DNA from: an uncultured Acidimicrobiia bacterium
Lineage (GTDB): Bacteria; Acidobacteriota; Terriglobia; Versatilivoradales; Versatilivoraceae
NCBI GenBank assembly: GCA_963786955.1
Contig: CAWBAT010000005.1
Span: 1,376,001 to 1,440,000, forward strand
Length of the DNA stretch: 64,000 bases
Direction of reading: 5' to 3'
Shown one piece after another: positions 1-10,087 of this stretch. Position 1 is the first letter of the stretch; each line of letters begins with the position of its first letter. The notes below the pieces were generated by a model. The model had not been told where the DNA came from. It did not search any database and saw only the letters and a list, made by a program, of their open reading frames with translations. The translations under genes were made by a program, and so were the position numbers.

Positions 1-1
1 A

Positions 2-3000
2 TGGGATGCACGAGCGTTGGCTTTAGGAGGATGGAGTCTGAATGCTCACCATGTTTATGATCCGACGGGCCGCATCCTGTTCTACGGAGATGGAAGCCGT
101 CGGACCGCTTACGAGCTGAAGCCTGTCATCTCGACGGTTTCTGGAACCGGCGCCGCCGGCTACAATGGCGATGGTGGGATGGCGATACAAGCCCAATTGA
201 ATTCCCCTCGATCGGTAGCGGTACATCGCGACGGCAGCCTGTACATTGCTGAAAGAAACAGCCAACGGATCCGCAAAGTGGCCCCAGGCGGAACGATTTC
301 CACGATAGCAGGGACCGGGACGGCGGGGTATAACGGGGATGGTGGCCTCGCCATCCAGGCACAATTGCGCAATCCGACCGGAGTCGCTCTGGGACCGGAT
401 GGTTCGGTCTATATCGCGGACTCCGCTAACAGTCGGATTCGCAAGATTGACAAGAATGGCATCATCTCCACCATCGCGGGCAACGGTACTCTGGGTTACA
501 GTGGTGACGGTGGCTCCGCCACGCAGGCCCAGCTCTTTCAGCCTCAAGAAATGGCGGTCGCGCCTGACGGGTCCGTCTACATTGCGGATAGTAACAATTC
601 CAGTATTCGACGGGTCGGACCAGATGGGATCATTTCTACGGTGGCCGGAACCGGGGTGAACGGTTTTTCCGGTGATGGGATCCCGGCAAACCAAGCCCAA
701 TTCCAGTTCCTGGGAGGGGTAGCCATAGGGCTTGACGGGAGCCTTTTCCTCGCCGAGACTTTTAACTATCGCATTCGCCGGGTTCGTCCGGATGGGCTTC
801 TCACCACCGCGGTGGGGAATGGAAACTCCTACTCGACCGGTGATGGAGGACCTGCCACCGAAGCGGGAATCAAACCGTCTTTTCGGGTTGCCGTGGCGTC
901 CGACGGAAGTCTCTATATCGCCGAAACGCAGGGCGACCGGATCCGCCGGGTTTCACCGGACGGGATCATTACGACTATCGCGGGAACAGGGACATTTGGA
1001 TTCTCGGGAGATGCTGGACCCGCCGCGGCCGCAAAGGTCAACTCCCCCTATGGGGTGGCCATCGGCCCTGACAACAGCATTTACATTGCGGATACCAGTA
1101 ATCATAGAGTTCGAAAAATCTCCTTGGCTCTCCCCGGCCTTTCTTTGAGTGAATTGGCGATTCCCTCGGAAGATGGCGGAGAGGTTTATATTTTTGACCG
1201 TGAGGGTCGTCACTTACGCACGGTGGATGCGTTGACATTGGGCTTGCGCTATCAGTTTAATTACGACAGTTCGGGGTTATTGGTGGCCATCGTTGACGGA
1301 GATAACAATGTCACGACCATTGAGCGTGACGGGAGTGGTAATGCCACGGCGATAGTCGGTCCCTATGGAGATCGGACAGCCCTCACGCTCAATCAGGATA
1401 GTTACTTGGCTTCAGTCAGCAACCCGGCTAACGAAACAGCCCAGTTCACTTATGATGTTGATGGTTTGTTGCTGACCTTGACAAATCCCCAACACAACAT
1501 TTATCAATTTACCTACGATTCATTAGGTCTGCTGAATCGTGATGAAGATCCTGCCGGGGGATTCACTTCCCTCACACAAAATCAACTGGTGAATGGACTT
1601 GAAGTCGTTCGCAGTAATTCCCTAAACGAAGTGACAACGCACCGCGTTGCAAACCTTCCAGAGGGAGGAGAACTGAGGACCAACCTCTTCCCTGATGGGA
1701 CGCAAACCTCCATGTTGATCGGGATAGACGGCGGATCCTCTGCCAATTTGCCTGATGGGACTTCAACGAGCATGCTCGAAGGGCCGGATCCCCGCTTTGG
1801 AATGCAAGCTTCACTGGTCAAGAACCAAACCCTTTCCACGCCTGGAGGGTTAACATCGAATACTACCCATACTCGATCGACCACCTTGACCAACCCCAAT
1901 GACCCCTTAAGTCTTATGGCGCAGACGGACACATTGGTCGTCAATGGCCGGACCTATGCCCAGAATTACAACGCGGCAACCCGAACCTATACGAATACGA
2001 CACCTTTAGGACGTCAGAGCACCGCAACGGTCGATAACTTAGGGCGCATCATCCAATCACAGATTGCCTCATTGGAGCCGGCTCGTTTCAGCTACGATCC
2101 CCGCGGGCGTTTGTTTTCAGCTGCGGTGGGAAGCGGCGTAGAGGAGCGTCGGTCCATTTTTACTTATAACCCGAGGGGCTATTTGGAAACGATTACCGAT
2201 CCACTCCACCGCACAGTCCGGTTCACCTATGATCAAGCAGGTCGAGTCAGCTCCCAGCTTCTGCCGGATAATCGGATGATTGGCTTTAGTTATGATGCCA
2301 ACGGGAATCTGACTTCCGTCACGCCACCGGGACGACCGCAACATGCTTTTGACTATACGGAAGTGGATCTCACCAAAACCTATACGCCTCCGAATGTGGG
2401 AGCAGGATCAAATGTCACAAATTATACCTACAACACCGAGCGGCGACCCACTCGTATCCTGCGTCCCGACGGTCAGGCCATTGACTTCAATTACGACAGT
2501 GCCGGTCGTTTATCAAATTTGAATCTCCCAGGAGAACAGTTTGATTATACCTATCACGCTGTTTCTGGAAAGCTCGGCAGTATCGTGACTTCGACCGGGG
2601 AAACGCTGACTTACGGTTATGATGGATTCCTGCCAGTCCATGTTGGCTGGACAGGCCCGATTTCAGGATCTGTCGATCGCACCTATGACAATGATTTTCG
2701 AGTAAGATCCCAGACCATCAACGGCAGTGCTAGCTTCAATTTCAGCTACGACCCGGACAGTTTGCTGATTCAGGCTGGGGCACTTTCGGTCGCGCACGAT
2801 TCTCAAAACGGACTGATCACAGGGACAACTCTAGGAAATGTGAGCGATGCCTATAGCTACAATAGCTTCGCCGAGCCCATCGCCTATAGTGCCTCGGCAG
2901 GCGGCACGCCAGTTTATGCCGTGACCTACGGAAGAGATCTTTTGGGAAGAATCACCGATGAAACCGAGACCTTCGAGGCAGTCACCAGTAGCACCCATTA

Positions 3001-4276
3001 CACCTATGATGTTGCCGGGAGGTTGGAAACTGTCTCAAAGAACGGATCTCTCGCCTCAACCTATAGCTATGACCCCAACGGCAATCGGCTGAATCGCACA
3101 ACAATCGCTGGACTGACAAACTACACCTACGACGCCCAGGACCGTCTTGTAACCTTGAACTCGGAACTCGGAACTCAGAACTTCGTGTACACCGCCAACG
3201 GAGAACTGCAGAGCCGGTCGAAAAATGCCGAAGTGACAGTTTATCAGTACGACGTATTGGGCGATTTAAGGCACGTGGGCTTGCCGGACGGATCTCAGAT
3301 TGAATACGTGATCGATGGCCAAAACCGGCGGGTCGGGAAAAAGGTGAATGGAGTATTGGTTCAGGGCTGGCTCTATGGGAGTCAGTTGAATCCGGTAGCC
3401 GAGTTGGACGGAAACAACAATGTAGTTTCGACTTTTGTCTATGGCAGCCGGAGCAATATGCCCGATTACTTGGTGAAAAACGGTGTCACCTACAGGATCT
3501 TGTCGGATCACCTTGGAAGTCCAAGACTGATCATCGAGTCAATGACAGGGGCTGTCGTTCAGCGAATGGACTACGACGAATTTGGCAAGGTGGTGAACGA
3601 CACCAGTCCGGGCTTCCAGCCCTTCGGCTTTGCTGGCGGCTTGTACGATGCTCAAACCGGTCTAGTCCGCTTCGGCGCGCGAGATTATGATCCTGAAACC
3701 GGAAGATGGACTGCAAAAGATCCGATATTGTTGGCAGGGGGAGATACAAACTTGTATGGTTATGTCCTAAACAATCCCATCAATTTCATTGATGACGAAG
3801 GACGTTCATTATCACCAGTGCATTTCGCAAGTACATACATATCTGAAATCTTGTCTGGGCGAACACACGATGAGGCTTATATTGCAGCACAAACGTCGGT
3901 CTTGATTGATATAGGGACACAGGGGACAGATGCGGCGGCGACAAATATCCATGCGATGGGTGGAATGAAAAATGATGGGATCTACCAAACACCATTCGAG
4001 GCATGGAAAGCAACAACAAAACTCCTCCAGCGTTTGCAGGTTTTGGAAGGGTCACTTGAGTGTCAAGGAAATTGGCAAGGGGCTTCAATGATACGTGGGA
4101 TCATGTATCACACTATTCAAGACAGCTGGTCGAAAAGCCATGTTTATCAAAGATGGAAAGGAGGTTGGCCGTCTCCATTGCACATTTTCTATGATCTATT
4201 CCCGCATTTCCATGCCGATCTAAACCAGGCCCCTCCGTTAGTTCCTACAGATTACAACATCATTCGACTAAAGTAA
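2..4276 (+). CDS. Teneurin-like NHL-repeat / YD-RHS repeat polymorphic toxin (5' truncated by window edge)
   Basis: Frame is open from position 2 (WDARALALGGWSLNAHH). It contains NHL propeller repeats (GxGxxGYxGDGGxAxxAxLxxPxxVA), YD repeats and an RHS core (DHLGSPR, YDEFG, QPFGFAGGLYD, RFGARDYDPETGRWTAKDP, NLYGYVLNNPINFIDDEG), followed by a ~157-aa tip from 3803. Confidence 0.93.
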   Translation, partial: WDARALALGGWSLNAHHVYDPTGRILFYGDGSRRTAYELKPVISTVSGTGAAGYNGDGGMAIQAQLNSPRSVAVHRDGSLYIAERNSQRIRKVAPGGTISTIAGTGTAGYNGDGGLAIQAQLRNPTGVALGPDGSVYIADSANSRIRKIDKNGIISTIAGNGTLGYSGDGGSATQAQLFQPQEMAVAPDGSVYIADSNNSSIRRVGPDGIISTVAGTGVNGFSGDGIPANQAQFQFLGGVAIGLDGSLFLAETFNYRIRRVRPDGLLTTAVGNGNSYSTGDGGPATEAGIKPSFRVAVASDGSLYIAETQGDRIRRVSPDGIITTIAGTGTFGFSGDAGPAAAAKVNSPYGVAIGPDNSIYIADTSNHRVRKISLALPGLSLSELAIPSEDGGEVYIFDREGRHLRTVDALTLGLRYQFNYDSSGLLVAIVDGDNNVTTIERDGSGNATAIVGPYGDRTALTLNQDSYLASVSNPANETAQFTYDVDGLLLTLTNPQHNIYQFTYDSLGLLNRDEDPAGGFTSLTQNQLVNGLEVVRSNSLNEVTTHRVANLPEGGELRTNLFPDGTQTSMLIGIDGGSSANLPDGTSTSMLEGPDPRFGMQASLVKNQTLSTPGGLTSNTTHTRSTTLTNPNDPLSLMAQTDTLVVNGRTYAQNYNAATRTYTNTTPLGRQSTATVDNLGRIIQSQIASLEPARFSYDPRGRLFSAAVGSGVEERRSIFTYNPRGYLETITDPLHRTVRFTYDQAGRVSSQLLPDNRMIGFSYDANGNLTSVTPPGRPQHAFDYTEVDLTKTYTPPNVGAGSNVTNYTYNTERRPTRILRPDGQAIDFNYDSAGRLSNLNLPGEQFDYTYHAVSGKLGSIVTSTGETLTYGYDGFLPVHVGWTGPISGSVDRTYDNDFRVRSQTINGSASFNFSYDPDSLLIQAGALSVAHDSQNGLITGTTLGNVSDAYSYNSFAEPIAYSASAGGTPVYAVTYGRDLLGRITDETETFEAVTSSTHYTYDVAGRLETVSKNGSLASTYSYDPNGNRLNRTTIAGLTNYTYDAQDRLVTLNSELGTQNFVYTANGELQSRSKNAEVTVYQYDVLGDLRHVGLPDGSQIEYVIDGQNRRVGKKVNGVLVQGWLYGSQLNPVAELDGNNNVVSTFVYGSRSNMPDYLVKNGVTYRILSDHLGSPRLIIESMTGAVVQRMDYDEFGKVVNDTSPGFQPFGFAGGLYDAQTGLVRFGARDYDPETGRWTAKDPILLAGGDTNLYGYVLNNPINFIDDEGRSLSPVHFASTYISEILSGRTHDEAYIAAQTSVLIDIGTQGTDAAATNIHAMGGMKNDGIYQTPFEAWKATTKLLQRLQVLEGSLECQGNWQGASMIRGIMYHTIQDSWSKSHVYQRWKGGWPSPLHIFYDLFPHFHADLNQAPPLVPTDYNIIRLK

Positions 4277-4329
4277 TTTTGAATGCCTCCAAGCCGTTAC
4301 GGGTGACGAAGCTGCAAGGAAAATAGAAA

Positions 4330-4815
4330 ATGGGCGTAACAAAAAAGAGAATTATCTCTATTTACAAGTTTCCAGTAATTCTGCTCCTCATGATCATGAT
4401 CCCAAGGGTGAACAATCTACTCTGGTTTCACCCACACGTGTTGCCATTTGTGGGAATGACTCTAATCATGCTTCTACCACTGTGTACACCTTATGTTATT
4501 CTGCGGCTCTTTTATTGTTTGAGAGCAGAGAAAGCGTTTATAACACTTGACGAAACCAACTTAACTGAAAAGGGGAAGCGCGCCTATCGTAGATTTGGAA
4601 CAATTTCTTTTGTTCTTTACTTGATACTGTTATTTCCGCTATCACATCTCGCCGTTGCGAGTGTGAACTGGGGCAGAGCTGAGAATTTGCGCTGGAGTCC
4701 CACTATTTTCTACAAAGTTATTACTTTTCCAATCGGCCCTCTTCTGCCGCCATATCGAAATTCAAGCAGCGAGCGATTGTGGCCATTATTAGAATCGTTC
4801 CCCCCATCCGAATGA
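4330..4815 (+). CDS. Multi-pass membrane protein, putative cognate immunity protein
   Basis: First ORF after the toxin; AAGGA upstream; about 3 hydrophobic segments; AT-rich. Confidence 0.65.
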   Translation: MGVTKKRIISIYKFPVILLLMIMIPRVNNLLWFHPHVLPFVGMTLIMLLPLCTPYVILRLFYCLRAEKAFITLDETNLTEKGKRAYRRFGTISFVLYLILLFPLSHLAVASVNWGRAENLRWSPTIFYKVITFPIGPLLPPYRNSSSERLWPLLESFPPSE

Positions 4816-4879
4816 CTGCCCAACAATTGATACATCTGCCTCTGCAGAGCTCACTAATTTTCAATCCGAGAACTCCAGA

Positions 4880-5140
4880 GTGAATAGTGTTACTGACAAA
4901 AAGAAAGTCTCTGGCCTTGCATCCCTTTCCTTTGTCTTTTCTACCGTTGGATTCTTTGTGCCTTTCGCAGGGAGTCTTATTGGAGTGATTTTGGGAGAGA
5001 TTGCTCTGAGAGGTTTGAATCGGGACATCAAGATACAAGGTTATGGTTTAGCTAAGATGGGTGTGAATTTTGGATATTTTGGACTGTTAGCATGGTCAGT
5101 AATCGCCTTCTCGATGGTTTATTTCAGAGGTCTACACTGA
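4880..5140 (+). CDS. DUF4190-like small membrane protein
   Basis: SGLASLSFVFS..G...SLIGVILGEIAL.......QGYGLAKMG..FGY pattern typical of DUF4190. Confidence 0.7.
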   Translation: MNSVTDKKKVSGLASLSFVFSTVGFFVPFAGSLIGVILGEIALRGLNRDIKIQGYGLAKMGVNFGYFGLLAWSVIAFSMVYFRGLH

Positions 5141-5308
5141 GCAATGGATGAACCAGTAACATTTGGAATATTTGGAAAGGACCCAACTCCAGGTTGTGGT
5201 GCGGGCGTTCCGCCTGTATTTCCAGCCTTGATACTAACAATCGATTTATGCTGAGTTTCTCTTTCGGCGCTTGAACTCCTGCCACAGTGTTTCGCAAATC
5301 TCAATAAG

Positions 5309-5506
5309 CCCGAATTCTGAAGTTGGGCGGGCGTCATTTCTATCTATTGGCTGATTTGCCTAGGACTTGTAAGACAGGGACAAGGGGGAAAAGTATACCG
5401 ATAGTCTGCGGATTTTGGTGGAATGCGCGCTCCGTCGCGCGTTCAATGAGTGTGCGTCGGAGCGCCCACTCCACCTGGCGACGCTCACGCAACTTCGGAA
5501 TTCGGG
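5309..5506. mobile_element. MITE-like element, family A (198 bp)
   Basis: Terminal inverted repeats CCCGAATTC(T/C)GAAGTTG / CAACTTCGGAATTCGGG. ATAAG occurs on both flanks (5304-5308, 5507-5511). Related copies at 12776, 16716 and 29675. Confidence 0.75.
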
Positions 5507-5560
5507 ATAAGTGGATTCTATCTGGCGTGTGGACAAACAATTACCAGAGTATTTGAGATA

Positions 5561-5827
5561 ATGCCATTCTCATCAAGCAGCCGTTCCAAATTAGATTCAG
5601 CACTTCCTTCTGTTGCATTCCTATCCTCTACTATCGGGTGGGCACTCTTACCTGTGCTAGGAAGCATTGCGGCTATTACACTTGCGACTATCGCATCTCG
5701 AGAGGCAAGGAAGAGAAATGATTCTTCTGCACAAAGGCTTTCATCACTGAGTTTTGTTCTTGGTTATGCTGGCTTAGCTTTTTGGATCGTTCTCCTCGGA
5801 ATTTTCATTCTCATCTCACGTCATTGA
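5561..5827 (+). CDS. DUF4190-like small membrane protein
   Basis: Two hydrophobic helices (LPVLGSIAAITLA..A.RE....LGYAGL); paralog-like to 4880-5140. ATG at 5561 chosen because the 5450 start lies inside the MITE. Confidence 0.65.
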   Translation: MPFSSSSRSKLDSALPSVAFLSSTIGWALLPVLGSIAAITLATIASREARKRNDSSAQRLSSLSFVLGYAGLAFWIVLLGIFILISRH

Positions 5828-5889
5828 AGCATTTGAACCGGACTTGAGTATAACTAACGTTGAATATTTAGACATGAGGCTCAATTCCG

Positions 5890-6159
5890 GTCCAGATTGC
5901 TTACAGCAAGATGTCTAGCTAAATCGGGCAAAGGGAGAGAAGAATTGATTCTGGTAGGCGATGTTCTCTGCCCTTGATGAAGTCAGCGAACTCTCGACAT
6001 GGGGCTCCATATGGGGACTCCAAGGAATGGGATCCAAATGTCCCTTATAGTCATGGGCATACTGAACATATTGGCTTTGAGACTTTTCGGACATTATTCC
6101 CCTGCAATATGGGATTGAAGACCCACTTATCGAACCCGCAGGTATATAGTTTTTCGTGA
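5890..6159 (+). pseudogene. Decayed orphan RHS toxin tip
   Basis: Two adjacent frames give ARCLAKSGKGREELILVGDVLC / PLMKSANSRHG..KEWDPNVP..HIGFE, which parallels the intact tip motif GIMYHTIQDSWSKSH..W...HIFYD. Confidence 0.4.
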
Positions 6160-6165
6160 CTGACC

Positions 6166-6486
6166 ATGTCATCTGAGTCGAGGACATTGTTTCTGAAATC
6201 ATTAACATTTGTTGCCTTATTTGAAATCCCAGTGTTTTCTGTTCTCGTATTCTGCATAGAAGTGCTGGAGATGTCGCCCCATTCCGATTTGATAGTAATG
6301 TTGCTTTGGTTTACTCAAATACCTGGTGTGATTGTTGGGCTGGGGATTGAGAGGTTGATTGGAAACATCTCAAGCGGCGTAATGATATTTATATATTGGT
6401 CTGTGACCCTCCTTGTTCAACTTGGGACACTTGCGGTCCTCTGGCATCAAATGCTTGTTGCCAACTCTAAAGGAAAGTTAGGTTGA
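6166..6486 (+). CDS. Small 3-TM membrane protein, putative immunity protein
   Basis: Hydrophobic 106-aa ORF beginning 6 bp after the orphan tip stop. Confidence 0.6.
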   Translation: MSSESRTLFLKSLTFVALFEIPVFSVLVFCIEVLEMSPHSDLIVMLLWFTQIPGVIVGLGIERLIGNISSGVMIFIYWSVTLLVQLGTLAVLWHQMLVANSKGKLG

Positions 6487-6600
6487 ACATATTCACCATG
6501 GTGGCACACTTGAGATATGGGCACATATGCGAACAAAAAGGCGCCTGTTCACAAGATTCTAAAAGATGGGTCAATCTTCCTTAATGAACTGGAACATTGA

Positions 6601-6819
6601 ATGAGCGCTTCCAGAAAAGTCTTTCCGACACTTCTTCTATTCATTTTGGGTGGTGCCTTTTTTGGCGGGACCACTGGGATGATAATCATTTCGAGTGGAA
6701 CAGGCCATGTTCCTTGGCAAGCCGTATTGGCTGTTCCGCTTGTCGCAGGTCTAATTCTCGCTGCAGTTTTAGGTGCAATGTATCTCACGACTCAGAATAA
6801 ACAAAAAACTCAGCGCTAA
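6601..6819 (+). CDS. Small 2-TM membrane protein, putative immunity protein
   Basis: Two hydrophobic helices with a basic tail; same strand as the array. Confidence 0.55.
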   Translation: MSASRKVFPTLLLFILGGAFFGGTTGMIIISSGTGHVPWQAVLAVPLVAGLILAAVLGAMYLTTQNKQKTQR

Positions 6820-6978
6820 ATTGAGTCAAGTCTTGAAATAGGTCACATGAATTAAGGTGTGAAAGAGACTTGTGCTGAGATGCTTTATGAGCTTGTTTCC
6901 CTGTTGACTCGCGGCATTTCTAAAATAGAGACAAGGATAGAGCGTCTACAAAGATAAGTTTCAAGGGACTGATGTCAA

Positions 6979-7236
6979 ATGAGCGTCACGCTGAAATCCG
7001 TCACTTACTTAGGATGCTATTTCCTTAGTTGGACAATTGCATACGTTCTGACTTTCATACTACGCGGAGAATCCGTGGATTTCGGGTTTTTTATCGATTA
7101 CTTTTTCCTGGGGTGGACCTTTCAAGGATTTGAACTTCCCACCTTTATCTGGTTTCAAAGCCTGCTCTTCTTTGCAGCTTTCTCCTTCGGCTTGGTTCCT
7201 TATATCAGGCATAGGTTCAGTTCCAAGGTCAAGTAG
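6979..7236 (+). CDS. Small membrane protein, putative immunity protein
   Basis: Aromatic/hydrophobic 85-aa ORF with AAGGGA upstream. Confidence 0.6.
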   Translation: MSVTLKSVTYLGCYFLSWTIAYVLTFILRGESVDFGFFIDYFFLGWTFQGFELPTFIWFQSLLFFAAFSFGLVPYIRHRFSSKVK

Positions 7237-7627
7237 TGATCCGTAAACTGAACTAAACTAGGTCGCCAGGTATGTGTGGTTGAAACCTTCAGAGCAACGG
7301 TACCGAAGCACTCCGCAACTGGGCCAGAGCTACCCTAAGGGAGAAAGGCTTTGGTTTAGTGATTAGACCTGATCTTTTATCCCACTATACATTGCAGGCA
7401 AGATCGTACACTTTTACCCAAAGCTGCAACTACCGATCATACCCCGTAGTCCGTGCTCTGGGCGAGAACGGCCTACCCATGGGCTCTTTCCACAGCAGTC
7501 GGGCGGCTTGGAGTAGGGACTAGTCCCTCGAGATTCTAAGAGTCAATGGATCGTTTGCGTTAATTCGCGTTCATTTGAGGCTCTCTCAAGCAGCAGTCGT
7601 CTTTGTCCCAAGTCGCAGAAGTCTGCT

Positions 7628-7772
7628 GGAGGGCCGAACACCGAGAGGCCGGTTAGTAGAGAACAATGGCGGCGTCGCAGAGCTCCGCTCTCCACTTGCT
7701 TCTCTTGGCTGATGTTGGACTAAATCCGTAAGAGGGTAGGCGAGGTCAACGACTCCCACAAGCATTGCCCCC
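7628..7772 (+). ncRNA. Candidate structured RNA with an Acido-Lenti-1-like core (7692-7745)
   Basis: Nested pairings: CAATG/CATTG, GTCG/CGAC, an AGAGC-tcc-GCTCT hairpin, and CTCTT/AAGAG enclosing GGC-tgat-GTT and GGA-ctaaa-TCC. The family name is from memory and unverified. Confidence 0.45.
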
Positions 7773-7954
7773 ATGATTCCCTTTCTTGAACAAGATGAAG
7801 CTGCCCGGCAGACTTCCAAGTGTCGTTTTGACTCGCTCTGATGGATTCATGTTTCAGAAAGCCCCTCTGTATTCGCCTAATAAATCAGATTGCGCTAGAG
7901 TAGAAAGTGTTGTGAATTCTCGCGGTAAAAGAAATCCCCTGGCGGTGATTGTTC

Positions 7955-9973
7955 ATGAATCCTTCTGTTTCTTCGATGCAACGATCTGAAAATGCCTTTC
8001 GGGTTGCGCAGTTCACTCCTCGAGGTGACCAGGTTCAGGCCATCGAACAGTTGGTGAAAGGCTTGAATGACGGGGAAAAACACCAGGTATTGCTCGGCGT
8101 CACCGGATCCGGGAAGACCTACACCATGGCCAAGGTTGTCGAAGCGATCAACCGTCCCACCTTGGTATTGGCGCATAATAAAACTCTGGCCGCTCAACTT
8201 TGCCAGGAGTTTCGAACATTTTTTCCAGGTAACGCCGTTGATTATTTTGTGAGTTACTACGATTACTATCAGCCCGAAGCCTACATTGCCTCCACGGACA
8301 CCTACATTGAGAAAGAATCCACGATCAATGAAGAAATTGACAAGATGCGGATGTCAGCGACCCGCACTCTCTTCGAACGCCGCGACTGTATCATCGTGGC
8401 GAGCGTGAGTTGTATCTACGGGATTGGTTCTCCGGAGGCCTACTATGGGATGTTGCTCTTCCTGGAGAAAGGGCAACGGATCCGGCGGGAGGAGATCATT
8501 AAGAAGTTGGTCGAAATCCAGTACGAACGAGATGATTCGGACTTCCGTCGTGGAACCTTTCGGGTGCGGGGAGATTATGTCGAGATTTTTCCGGCTTATG
8601 ATGACGTTGCCTATCGGGTGGAGATGTTTGGAGAGGAAGTCGAAGGGCTCTATCAGATTGATCCACTTTATGGAGACGTTAAGATCACTTACGAGCGATT
8701 GCCGATTTACCCTAAATCGCACTATGTGACTCCGCGCAGTACCTTATTGAAGGCCATCAAGAGCATTAAAGCAGAATTGGAGTGGTGGCGGCCCCAGTTG
8801 GAAGCGCAAGGGAAGCTCATCGAAGCCCAGCGTCTTCATCAACGCACCCTTTTTGACATGGAGATGATGAAGGAGATTGGCTTCTGTCATGGGATTGAGA
8901 ACTATTCTCGTCACTTGTCCGGACGGCAGCCCGGTGAACCTCCACCGACACTTCTAGATTACCTGCCTAAGGACCATCTCATGATTATTGATGAAAGCCA
9001 TCAATCCGTTCCTCAGGTTCGCGGAATGTATAAGGGCGACCGTTCGCGAAAGGAGAATCTGGTTAACTATGGATTCCGTTTGCCTTCAGCTCTGGATAAC
9101 CGGCCCTTGAAATTTGAAGAATTTGAAGAGCGGCTGAATCAGGTTGTCTATGTCTCGGCTACCCCCGGCCCTTATGAACTGACCAAAACGGGAGGGGTTG
9201 TTGTAGAACAGATCATCCGTCCGACAGGACTAGTGGACCCGGAAGTGGAAGTCCGCCCCGTGCGAGGACAGATTGATGATTTACTCCATGAGATCCGGAT
9301 CCGTGAGAAAAACAAAGAGCGCGTGCTCGTCACCACCCTCACGAAACGAATGGCTGAAGATCTGGCGGAGTATTACCGGGAGGTCGGAGTTCGTTGCCGC
9401 TACATGCACTCGGAGATTGAGACGCTGGAACGCATTAAGATTCTTCGCGACTTGAGGCGTGGAGAATTTGATGTTCTCATTGGGATTAACCTGTTACGCG
9501 AAGGTCTCGATTTGCCGGAAGTCTCGCTAGTGGCCATATTGGATGCGGACAAAGAAGGTTTTCTCCGTTCGCGTGATTCCTTGATTCAAACGATGGGCCG
9601 GGCTGCACGTCACATCAACGGCCGCGCAATTCTGTATGCGGATGTCATGACCGAGTCTATGCGCAATGCCATCGGGGAGACGAATCGTCGTCGGGAGAGA
9701 CAAGTGCGGTATAACCAGGAAAATGGAATTACGCCGGAATCGATTGTCAAACCGATTGATGTCAGCCTGGTGGCCATGACGAAGGCAGATTATGTTGAAA
9801 TCCCGGTCGAAGAGGAGGTGCTGGAGTTTAATTCGTCCGACGAACTTGAGGCTTATATCATCAAGTTGCAGAAAGAGATGCGGGAGGTAGCCAAGAACTT
9901 TGAATTCGAGAGGGCCGCTCAGTTGCGAGACAAGATCAAAGCTTTGAAACAAAAGGAATTGGAATCACTGTAA
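7955..9973 (+). CDS. uvrB: Excinuclease ABC subunit B
   Basis: GVTGSGKT Walker [11 protein letters not shown] hairpin, [18 protein letters not shown] and a C-terminal UVR coiled coil. Start is uncertain (7949/7955/7976). Confidence 0.98.
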   Translation: MNPSVSSMQRSENAFRVAQFTPRGDQVQAIEQLVKGLNDGEKHQVLLGVTGSGKTYTMAKVVEAINRPTLVLAHNKTLAAQLCQEFRTFFPGNAVDYFVSYYDYYQPEAYIASTDTYIEKESTINEEIDKMRMSATRTLFERRDCIIVASVSCIYGIGSPEAYYGMLLFLEKGQRIRREEIIKKLVEIQYERDDSDFRRGTFRVRGDYVEIFPAYDDVAYRVEMFGEEVEGLYQIDPLYGDVKITYERLPIYPKSHYVTPRSTLLKAIKSIKAELEWWRPQLEAQGKLIEAQRLHQRTLFDMEMMKEIGFCHGIENYSRHLSGRQPGEPPPTLLDYLPKDHLMIIDESHQSVPQVRGMYKGDRSRKENLVNYGFRLPSALDNRPLKFEEFEERLNQVVYVSATPGPYELTKTGGVVVEQIIRPTGLVDPEVEVRPVRGQIDDLLHEIRIREKNKERVLVTTLTKRMAEDLAEYYREVGVRCRYMHSEIETLERIKILRDLRRGEFDVLIGINLLREGLDLPEVSLVAILDADKEGFLRSRDSLIQTMGRAARHINGRAILYADVMTESMRNAIGETNRRRERQVRYNQENGITPESIVKPIDVSLVAMTKADYVEIPVEEEVLEFNSSDELEAYIIKLQKEMREVAKNFEFERAAQLRDKIKALKQKELESL

Positions 9974-10087
9974 TTATCAGCCCGAATTCTTTCTCTGCTA
10001 TAATAGGTCCGTAAGACATTTTATCCCCCAGATTCTTCTAGAACTTCAGGCCTTGTCATCCTTAGATGTATCCGCAGGCGGGGACCG

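Noticed and set aside
4816-5870. Integron attC sites between the small ORFs (GCCCAAC at 4818, AACTAACGTT near 5852)
   Set aside because: No matching GTTRRRY partner with an extended hairpin and no integrase; the toxin-immunity context explains the array better.
7951-7965. LexA-box-like GTTC-N7-CTTC at the uvrB start
   Set aside because: One mismatch to GTTC-N7-GTTC, short enough to be chance, and it overlaps a possible start codon.
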